From the NCBI RefSeq assembly GCF_037042905.1, contig NC_087245.1, forward strand, positions 5,272,001-5,336,000: DNA of 64,000 nt. Direction: 5' to 3'. Origin of the DNA: Lytechinus pictus (taxonomy: Eukaryota). The notes beneath the pieces are model-generated. The model saw nothing but the letters and a program-made list of their open reading frames with translations. It made no database searches and was not told where the DNA came from. Both the position numbers and the translations under genes were made by a program. Positions 49,303-60,176 of the stretch are shown in pieces (within the stretch, counting starts at the first letter, position 1; each line of letters opens with the position of its first letter).

Positions 49303-52300
49303 CTATATAGGTTCAAGGTAAAAAGTAAATCATTCCTGAAATATTATTGATCAGATTGACCAGTTAAATAGTTAATTAATAAATATTTCAGTGAAATGAA
49401 AGTACAATATGATTGCAAATCACAATAATATATTATTAAATTATATGCAAAATGAAAATCTGTTTCGGGATGCATAATACAAGAACGAGAAAGAGGCCAA
49501 AAAGATTTTCCATGAAGTTTTTCCTCTCTCGGATCTATTCCTACATAGTACCTGTAGTAACTGGTAACTTTTTGGTATAAATAAATGATAACTGAGTATC
49601 TTACCCGTTTTCTGATCTTCTCTTGCATGAATGGTTTGATTATCGTAAAGGCTCCATCGAATAGTAAACTTTCATTGATGAAATGGATGCCCTGAACTCT
49701 TACTGGTACACAGTTCTAATATGGAGGCATAATGAAGATAGAATGACATTTTATTAAAAATGAAAGCACATTGAAGCGGTGATGGTCCGTATTAATTAAT
49801 TTTAATTTTTTTTATTTATGTATTTATTCATTCATTAATTTATTCATTCACGTTTATTTCAACGGGGTAGCCCTTTCAGTTAGCAAATTGATTTACAAGG
49901 GGCCCTGTAACACAATAAAAACAACACAAGATTGATATTACAATATCATGCATAAAAAATGAAATATAAAGAGAATGAAAATAATACATATAATAACAAA
50001 AATACAATATGAAGAAAAAAGCTTTAAAAAGAAGGAGAAAAATAGTTATAAAAAAAGAGCCTAAAAAATTACAGAATGTAAGAACTGCCCCCTACTTAAT
50101 TATGATGTGTATTTTCAGATTTCATCTTTGTTACCATCCAAATTTGAGCTGCCCATTTTAATTCATGCGCGTGCAGTTCCGACCTGTTGCATTGGAACAT
50201 TGCAGTTCACGATGGTGAGTCCCCGGAAATTAATTTCATGTTGGTTACTACATTCTCAGAAAATTTCTCCCAAAGTAACCCCGAATGTTCCTGCAGTCTC
50301 GAGAATACTCGAGGTATACAGGTATTGTAAAATTTACGAAAAACTGGTATTTGGTGTACGAAACCTTATGATTTTCTTGCAATAATTTTTTTCCTATTTT
50401 ATTAAATAGTAGAAAATTTCCTGTTATAACAATTAAAATAATGATCCTGTATTTTTTATGTAAACATGGTAAAACTCTTCTGTTTTTAATTATTTATGTG
50501 TTATTGAATCTTTTATTTTACTTATTATTCATTCTTGATGGTAAAATTCCATTTTGCTTTTTAAGACAACCACGCTCGTACATTTGTTTTCTTCCATTGA
50601 GCAAGTGAGCTTTGTCGAATATTACATGATTTATCATTATTTGCACGTAATTTCCTTTCTTTCCTCACCTGAAATTTCATTTTCGATGCATCATTTCTCT
50701 TTGACTTGTAAAAACTGCTTGTAACGATTAAGAGGGCAAAATTTATACAACCTCACAGGCACATGTACATGACAACCGCTCAATCTCTCAAAAATAATCA
50801 TTATGTATAGGGGTCAAACAAAATATGGAATAATCCCATTACTGAAGAATAGAATTGTGTACAAAAATAATAAAAAGAGAAGTGTAGCCCAAACTTTTTC
50901 TTAATTTTTTTCTTTCTTTTTTGGCTTCTCGATGACTTTCAAGGAGGTAAATATCTACGGTCAAGAGGACCAAAGTTCCCCTCTCCAAAAAAAAACTACG
51001 AACTTGGAACGGATTTTGAGATACTGACCATTGTTATCATTGTCACCATTATCATTACCACTAACACTAATACGATCGTTGTTATGTATGTGCTACCGCA
51101 ACCACCAACAACAATCTACTATCACTTACATCGCCATCATCTTTCCCTGAAATTGAAAAATAAATTTATAAACATATAAAAATTTGAAATGAAAATAAAA
51201 ATAGATGAATAAATAAATAAATAGATAAATAAGTAAATAAAATAACAGAAGTTTTAAATAAAAATAATTCAACAAAATATAGTCGAACCTGAAATATAGA
51301 AGTAAGTTTCTTAGCGACTGAAGGGGTCAAACACATAGCCTGAGATATATTGACCCCTTCAAGATCAAAGAGAAGGATGACACCATTGATTTGTGCAGCT
51401 TCGTCTTCTACAAGCTGATCAATCACCATGAAGAGAGCTAGAGCGATGTCAGTAATAGGATATTCTCTTGGATCCCAATGACCTGGTGACAAAGAAAAGC
51501 ATAATACCGCTCTCGAATTTCATTTACATTCAAAACATTAATACTAATCCCCCGAAAAGAAGGGGAGTTCCAAAGACCAGGAAAAAGGGACACCAACAAG
51601 TATTGACAAACTGGTACTCTTTTCCTTTTATTTATATGTTTATCACTTTGAAAGGATATTGACATAGAATTCGACCTACCTGCTATTTAAAGAACAAAAA
51701 AAATCTTTGGTATTATATGCTGCTAATGATAATTTAGTATTATTATAATTTCTAAATACTTTTTTTTTCAAGTATCATAACAGAATACATAGCTTGAACT
51801 TGCGTTTTACACTACACCTCTGTTTGAGAGATCTACGCTCTACATATACAAACAATGTTTTAGTGGATCTTTCCTTATGTACGGATTAAATTGGCCCGAT
51901 TTTTTAATTATGTAAATTTATACTGATATGAAAATGTTTTGGAACTTTTGTGCATTAACTAAATGTGTAATAAGTTCGTATTCATTGAAAGTGAAATAAA
52001 GTTGAATTAACTGCGAATTAAGCTGGATTATAATGAACCAAAATTATAGGGAATTTAAATTGACTATTGACTAATTTTGCCCTTGCCTAAATTATAAGAT
52101 ATTTATGAATAATTAAAACATATCAAATTTTTGTGAAGAAAGCTTAAAGGTCACTTTCTATGTTTCACAATAGGAGAAGCAAATTTTGAGAGCACACATA
52201 ATAACAATAAAATTAACTTTGAGACTTCATATCTAAATAAGCGGTTTTTTCTACTTATTGGATCATCGATCTGTAAAAGTTATATCCCATCCTAGTCTTC

Positions 52301-53726
52301 TCAATAAGCTGTCATTATTTTATTCATCTTTGTATTAATGTGTAATTGCTGATCAGTTGCTGTAACCCACCTTTAGTGAATTTTAATGAATTTCTTTTGG
52401 ATGCCATCTTCAATTCCGAGTTTTCAGGTCTTTACCACATAACTTCATGATGTTCATTTTTAAATAATTTATGTAAGATATCCATATAATTGGAATAATT
52501 TCGGAAGAAGATGAACTTGTTTAATTCAGCGTTCTAACTTCCACTATATCAACATGGGTTGAAATGGTGATGATAGTGAATAAATACTTCTTCGGTTGGC
52601 AGAACTATTAAAGATTGCATTGAAGCCGGAGAGCTGCATTTTCAATATTTGCTTGATCAAAGTCCAGAGGAATAATGATATTACAATATCGGCTGTATAC
52701 ACGATATGGTGAATCTTGCGTTGAATATTGCAATGAAATTGAGATATCTGCCTTATGTATTCATCTGGCTTAAATAGAAAATGCTTGACTGATGTAAGTA
52801 TTTACTTGATTTTTTTTGACAGGCAAACAATATGAAAGATGAAGAATTTAAGAAATAAATTGTCCATATCGATATTGTTGTAAATGACGTAATATGACAA
52901 TGATCTTTTGACGTGAAAAGTGATACGGTTTTACATTACAGTATAATAAACAATAAAATCGTATCAACTCATCTAAAGGTCCACTTAAAAGTGCCCAAAA
53001 TAAATTAAAAACCGATTAAAACCTTCATTGAATTAACACCGCCTCGTCTTTTCCCCCCTTTATTTACTTGAATAATGAACTACCATGGACATTGGTAATT
53101 CTTACATGCTCAATTAATATTATAAAAGATCGATGATACATAATTATAATTCGATTTCTATTAATCTAAAAAATAGTTATTTATCCTCTCTTTACCATGG
53201 TAACCATGCTTTCATTTTATTTTTTTAATGTAATTTTCTTCCCTTTCGAAGCCACATAATTATGTTACGTTACTTGCCTCTCCTACATACTATTCATGCT
53301 ATTGATGATCCTAAATCGGTAAATATAATCATATCATAATCAGCGTGAAAATCATTTTGTCTTACCTGTCTTCATCGCTACTATATGTCTTCCTTCACCA
53401 TCAGTTGATTCCAGTACGTAGGGGTAGCCATCATCTAAAACATGTTTGATACCAGTTGGGTGGTACTTTTCAAAAAAATCCGGATGTTTAACATGAAGTT
53501 CGTAGTACTTTACAATCGATTTGTAGGCACGATCTACATCAAACTTTTTCGCGCGTAAAAAACGTATCAAAAATCTGGAATCGGTATTGAATACTATATC
53601 CTTTCGCTCTTCCATGCGTTCCCTGAGCTTTTGTATCGCACTTTCCCTCACGCTAGGTGTCTCTCCAAGTTCAAGCTCAGCTTTTTTTCTCAAATTATCA
53701 CTCATGGTCCATGTGTATGACGCCAT
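49108..53726 (-). CDS. CRAL-TRIO lipid-binding protein, alpha-tocopherol transfer protein-like / clavesin-like; 4 coding exons, 286 aa
   Basis: Exons 53726-53366, 51482-51289, 49715-49605 and 49302-49108 join in frame with GT-AG introns. Motifs: AELELGETP, FLIRFLRAKKFD (CRAL-TRIO N), QINGVILLFDL, PVRVQGIHFIN, LHG…ILPDTFGG. Confidence 0.93.
49605..49715 (-). CDS. CRAL-TRIO gene, coding exon 3 (NCVPVRV…KIRKR)
   Basis: tag| acceptor, |gtaaga donor. Confidence 0.92.
51289..51482 (-). CDS. CRAL-TRIO gene, coding exon 2 (GHWDP…SIFQ)
   Basis: ccag| acceptor, |gttcga donor; phases match. Confidence 0.92.
53366..53726 (-). CDS. CRAL-TRIO gene, coding exon 1
   Basis: AAAATGG start; G|gtaag donor; CRAL-TRIO N domain. 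Confidence 0.93.
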
Positions 53727-55670
53727 TTTGATTCAAACAATCGATACGACCATGTCACCATTAAAGCGATTGTGGTCAACGTCCGAAAATTTCACATTGG
53801 AATTTACCAACATCATTTGATAAATAGATTCTTAAGAAAAAAAATAATAAAGGTGTTCTTTTTTTTTTAAAGAGACAAATGAATTATGTTCTAGTTGTGG
53901 CTCCGTTTCGGATGAAAACAGTCCATCAGTATATTATCAGTCCCTAGCTCACAATGTAATAATTAACACCTGTATATGACATGACGAGGCCGCTTTGTAC
54001 GTAGAATTGCAAATCATAAAGTCCAACTGATCAATCATTATCTCAAGCAGTCTAATTATACATTACCTCACCTGATAAGCATGGACTAGTACAGTTACAC
54101 CAAATGTACACGTACAATATGTCGTTCTGTTCATGCTTTGCCACAGTGTAGGCCTAAAATATTATTTCTATATCTTAAATAGTTGTTTGTGTTTTTCCCC
54201 TGGTGCGACTTGGATCTGCCGGTGTCAGCATACTAACTTGTACGAAAGTTAGTTGATAAAGGTTTATTATGAGATGGACTGAGACTTATGATACCCATTT
54301 ACTATTTGGATTAAAAAAAGAAATCATGACGAACCACAATCATATCGATAGGTGTATAAGGTGAGGAAGGTTAGTAAACATCGGAGTCAGTTATGATTTA
54401 AAGTCAGATAGTTGATGATAGAAAGGGGTATTGACATGAAAATATTACATTCTACACCCATACTCACACCCACTCTCATCATTTTTTGGATTTTCATTTT
54501 CTTTCTTTTTCTTTAATTTTCTTTCTTTCTTCTAAAAGGAAAATAAAACACTTGAAACCCGTTGAATTAATATAAAAGAGAAAATCATTAAAACAAATCA
54601 ATTTAATTTTAAGGAATATGGAATGAATAAAAGGAAAATTATGAGCGTTTGAATACTGAGATCAACATCGCTATGTAGATCCCTTTGGTAATGCCAAAAT
54701 ATTTGTGTACATAATATATACAACTTCACCACTGCTCTCATGACTTAAGTACATATTTACTCTATTATATCTATATAGTTTATCGTAAGATCAGGTGTTC
54801 ACTTTTCAAGTTGGTACGTAGTACAGTTCACAACACTATCATCTTGGACGTAATGATTGTCTGATTATTAGAATAAGTAAAGAACCATTGTTTTAATTTG
54901 TGGTATACTTTTAGTGTACAAATAGGAGGGTTATTGTGACATCATAGATCTTGTTCTCGAAATTCAAATACTCTCTGATTGTTTGTCCAAACTCACTTAA
55001 ACTTTTGTAAATCATATTCTTTCATATTTTTGCTTTCACACAAGCTTACATATTCCACAAGTTCCATTTTCCTACCCGCCACACCCCCCCCCCCTCTCTC
55101 TCTCTCTATTTCTATTGCTCTCTCTCTCTCCATCCAACTGTTTTTTTTTTCTTATTTGTCTATTTTCGTTTCGATCATCAATCCTGGTAGGCGTACACTG
55201 CCATTAAAACCACAATTGATAATTACTATTATAACAAAGCATACCGAATACTACAATGATTAACTTAAATATGAGCTAAGGAAATATATGTAGGTGTAAT
55301 ACGCAAATTTATCAATGATGGGTCCAGAGTTTAAGGAGTCTTTGCACGGGCGACACCAGGACATATTTAGAGAGAGCAATTCGTCGTAATATTTGTTTCC
55401 TTTATCGAATTATAGGGGTATCATAGAGTACTGGTGTAAAGATGAGGTCGGGAAGTGGGGGCCGTGTCCCCCCCCCCCCCCCATCCTAAAAAATGTACAA
55501 ATTTCATGGCCAAGAAAACATGGAGAAAAGAAGAAGAAAGTGAAAGGGGAAAGGGTTAAATATGATATATATTTCTCAATATTACACTCTTAAAAATGTT
55601 GGGCAACACACTGTCCACACAGCAATTGGTTAAAGCTTTTTTTTTTCCAATTTTGGGAAGTTTTAAAAAG

Positions 55671-55791
55671 CTTAAAAAGCTGTGTGCGCTGTGAACGCCT
55701 AGCTTAGCCGGGTAATATAGGAGCGCCTTGAGCACCTAACAAGGTGGATATGTGCGCAATATAAATACCCTATATTATTATTATTATTATT
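55671..55791 (+). mobile_element. 5'-truncated SINE (3' tail of the 22525-22802 family)
   Basis: Near-identical to the reverse complement of 22525-22642; ends in (ATT)n. Confidence 0.88.
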
Positions 55792-55850
55792 AAACCAATA
55801 ATGTGTGCTTTGGGTAAAAACTACACAGTATCGGTTGAAAACTACCCAGA

Positions 55851-58800
55851 AATAATATAATTTTATAATATATTTAAATGGTGTAAGGATAAAAAAGGGC
55901 ATATTATTTTTCTCCAGGAAACTTTTAGCACTCAAGATATTGTTAGTAATTGGAGTTCCATGTGGGATGGATTTTGTATTTTTAGTCACGGTACAAACCA
56001 CGGTAAAGGCGTTATGATTTTAGTAGATAAAGGGTTTGATATCTCAATAAAACATACAATCATCGATACAGGAGGTAGATACATTTTTATTATTGGATCT
56101 TTGCAAAATCAGGAAGTAATATTGGGAAATGTTTATTTCCCTGTTAGTAGTAAAGTGCACGAGCAACTTGAGTTTTTGGATTCTATTATTAAGATTTTAG
56201 GAAGAAAGGAGTTCCAAAATAAACCTTTTATTATAGGAGGAGACTTCAATATGGTTAGGGATATTTATTTAGATTATGATGGAAAAATCGTTAACAAGAA
56301 GCAATCTAAACTTAGTTCAATGTTCGAAAATTTTCTTACGGATTATAAGGCCTTAGATAATATATGGCGTGTTAAAAATGATTCCAAGAAACAATATACC
56401 TTTCATCAAGGAAATCCGTATATGCAAAGTCGATTGGATTACTGGGTGGTTTCAGATATTTTAGAAGAGAAAGTGTTGAATTGTAAAATAATACCTTCAT
56501 TATCACCTGATCACTCAGCAATAGAACTCAATATTAATTTTAATCATATGGTCAAACCAACGATTAAGACTGGTTATTGGAAATTTAATAACAGTTTATG
56601 TAAGGACGAAGAATATGTTAAAAGTATGAAGGAGGAAATTATTCGTTTGAAACAGATGTTATCAATAGAGATTATGGACAGCAGAATTTTATGGGATTAT
56701 GTTAAAATGGAAGTCCGAAGTTTTACTAGGAAGTACTCAAAGAAAAAGGCAAAAGAAAGAAGAGAAAAGATTACAAAGTTGGAAAAGGAAATTGTAAAAT
56801 TAGAAGAAGAACTGCAACAAAGACCAAGTAATAAAAATAAGGATTCAATTGACATTTTAACCAGGAAAAGAAATGAATTAAAAGCAATTTATACTTATGT
56901 TAATGAAGGTATAAAAATCAGATCTCGAGCGCCGTGGTTTGAAAGTGGGGAAAGGGAAACCGCATATTTTAAACAATTGACAGATTCTAATGGGAAAAAA
57001 TGTGTAATTAAAAAACTTAAGGTGAATGAAAATATAATTAGTGATGAAATTAATATTTTAAATGAAATCCGAAAGTTTTATTCATCATTATACGCTAAAT
57101 CTGAGGCAGGATTATGCGACGATAATACGTTTTTTCCCGATAGCTTACCCAAACTAACAAAAAATCAGAGTAATCACTGTGAAGGAAAAATAAACCAAGG
57201 TGATTGTATTGAAATCTTAAAAGAAATGCAACTTAATAAATCTCCGGGGAATGATGGACTGAGCGTCGAGTTTTACATTACATTTTGGTATGTTGTAGGT
57301 GATTTAGTTATTAACGGGCTTAATGATAGTTTGATTCATAAAGAATTATCGCCCTCTCAGAGGCAAGCAGTAATTACACTAATACACAAGGGGGATAAAG
57401 ACCCTACAGTCATTAGCAATTACAGACCCATTTCACTTCTCAATGTAGATTATAAAATTCTCACTAAGATACTTTCTAAAAGAATAAAAGCGATTCTGAG
57501 TAACATTATTTCAGTTGACCAGGTAGGGTATTTAAATGACAGAAATATTGGTGAAGCAGTAAGATTAATTAATGACATGATATTTCATACCTCACATTTT
57601 AATAAATCGGGTTATTTATTAGCAATCGATTTTGAAAAGGCTTTCGATTCAATTTCACACGCTTTTCTTCAAAAGGCACTTTGTTCATTCGGTTTTGGAA
57701 CGATGTTTAGGGATTGGGTCGAAGTAATTTACACTAACACACTATGCTGCGTTTTCAATGGAGGGAGATCAACTGGCTATATCGATGTTGAGCGGGGGCT
57801 AAGGCAGGGGGACCCCCTGTCCCCATATCTGTTTATATTGTGTATAGAGTGTTTAACTCACTCTATTCGAAACGATAATTCAGTAAGGGGTATTTGCTTT
57901 GGCGATACAGAAATTAAGCAGGTTCTTTATGCTGATGACATGACAATATTTGTGCAAGATTTAGACTCTTTAGATAGATTATACATAATCCTTGAGAAGT
58001 TCAAGAAAATATCTGGACTGAAAATCAATAAAAATAAAACTTTCATTTTGCCTCTAGGGCCTCCTGTTCCACCGGGGAACAGCTTTCCATTCGGTAAAAG
58101 AGTTGATATTGTGAAAATACTGGGTATTTACTTTTCACTCAATCCTGATGTCGCTGAAGAAATGAATTTCAAAGAAATTTTGAGCAAAATCAAAAAGTTA
58201 TTAAATTGGTGGAAACAACGAGATCTCACTTTGATAGGAAAAATTCATTTGCTTAAAACGTATGCGTTTTCCAAATTGACTTATGTGAGCTCCCTATCTT
58301 CAGTTCCAGACTGGGTTTTCAAAGAAATTGATGATACATGTTTTGACTTTTTATGGCGGGGGAAAGACAAAATAAAAAGAAATACTTTATATCTGGATTA
58401 CCGACAAGGTGGGCTAAAAATGCTCAATTTCAAACTATTTATAATGGTACAAAGAGTGATGTGGATTAAAAGATTAGTTACTGGTGACCAGAGAGCAAAA
58501 TGGAAAAGATATTTTAAATTTCTCCTGAGAAAATTTGGTGGTCTTTTAATATTTTACTGCAATTTTTCCCCTGATATGGTCGATGTTAAATTACCAAAAT
58601 ATTACCGAGAAATGTTATGTATTTGGTCTGATATGAATATTTTTATTAAAAAAGATACAAATAGTAAAAGAAATGAAATTTTCTTTAATAATAAGTGTAT
58701 TTTGAAGAAAGGAAAAACGTTTTTTCATGAAAATCTGTTCCTCAAAAATATTTTTAAATTTCATCACATTACAGATGTTAAGGGGGCACTTAAGCCGGAT

Positions 58801-59742
58801 AATTATTTCAGATGTATGGGATTGGACGAGGAGGAAGTATCAGTTATTCAAGAAATATTTGCACATACCCCCAGAGAATGGAAAGACAGATTAAGAAGGA
58901 ATACTTCAGTGGACGGCTTGAATATTGAATTTGTCTTTTATGAGAAAAAAATTCAATTCGACTCGGTTACTTCCAAAAATCTATATAGAGGGTGTATAAA
59001 ACAAATTGCTGAACAACCAGTCAGTTTTCATAACTTAGCATTATTATATAATCTGTCAAATAAAGAAATTGAGAAAACATTTTATCGTCCTAGATTTAGT
59101 ACGTTGGATAACAAATTGAGAGAATTTCAATTTAAAATGTTATACAATATCATCTTTCTGAATCATCACTTATACAGGTTTCATTTTATAGCAAGTGATA
59201 AATGTTCCTTCTGTAGAAAATACGAAGAAACATATAAGCATTTATTTTTTTAATGTGAAAAAGTAGGAGATTTGTGGGTACGGAGTAGTAATTTGTTTGG
59301 CCTTCCAATTCTAAAAAAACTAAGCTGGATGGAAATCCATATTGGTCTCGAGGAAACAACCGAAAACATACAATTACTTAATCATATCATTTTGCTAATC
59401 AAATATTTAATATATCAAGGGAGAGGGAAGGGTAAACCACCAACTCCTGAAGAGATAAAGGAAAAGTTACTTATTAGCAAAGAAGAAGAAAAGACAATTG
59501 CATTAGAGCGTAATACGTTAACGCGACACTATAAAAAATGGGAATATTTAAAGGTTTTATAAACATTAACCAAAATAAAAAGGATGGGGAAGGGAGGGGT
59601 GCCCCTCGTCTGCCCGTACATGGAATCGATCGATCACTGTCGCTGTAAACTGACCTCTGTCCTGTCTGTTATTGGTTCGTGTGTTTTTTTTTTTTTTTTT
59701 TTTTTTTTTTAATCCTTTTAATTGTTCCTGTCCTGTCCTTTG

Positions 59743-59776
<34 letters not shown>

Positions 59777-60176
59777 CTCTCTCTCTCCGTTATGTGTATG
59801 GCGTTTTTTTTTTTTCTGTCTTTTTCTCCCGTTTCTTGTTGTTGGTGTGTTAGTTTGTTCAGCTTTGGGGTCTGATAGGGGGGGGGGGCTCATGGGACGG
59901 GAGAATGCTCATATACATTCATTCTTTAAATTTGCGTAGTTGTTACGTCTTTGTTTTATTATTTGCTTTATAGCTGCATACATAAGTTGTTGAAATGTTA
60001 TTTTTGCATGAGTTCGGATTATGTCTCTTTTCTGATACAATTTGCCTGCTATGTTTATTACACTGTTATTTAATCTGTGTATTGCACTGCTGCAATTATC
60101 ATTTTGTTCTATATTTTCTTGATTATGTATGTATGAAATTTATTTGAATGAATAATAAAGATCACTACAAAACAAA
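55851..60176 (+). mobile_element. 5'-truncated Tx1/L1-group non-LTR retrotransposon
   Basis: APE-RT-CCHC ORF2; ~600-nt T-rich 3' UTR; AATAAA near 60154; short A-rich tail; 7-bp TSD ACCCAGA at 55844-55850 and 60177-60183. Confidence 0.93.
55861..59562 (+). pseudogene. LINE ORF2 (APE endonuclease, reverse transcriptase, CCHC finger) with a single in-frame stop at 59251-59253
   Basis: The frame is open from 55861 (IIFLQET) through GGDFN, SRLDY, SPDHS, YRPISLLN, DFEKAFDS, QGDPLSP, YADD and CSFC…HLFF*C. The 59272-59562 ORF is in the same frame. Confidence 0.92.

Noticed and set aside
59272..59562. Separate 96-aa gene
   Set aside because: It is the in-frame continuation of LINE ORF2 after the single stop.
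59669..59939. Poly-Phe and poly-Lys ORFs
   Set aside because: Translations of poly-T tracts in the LINE 3' UTR.
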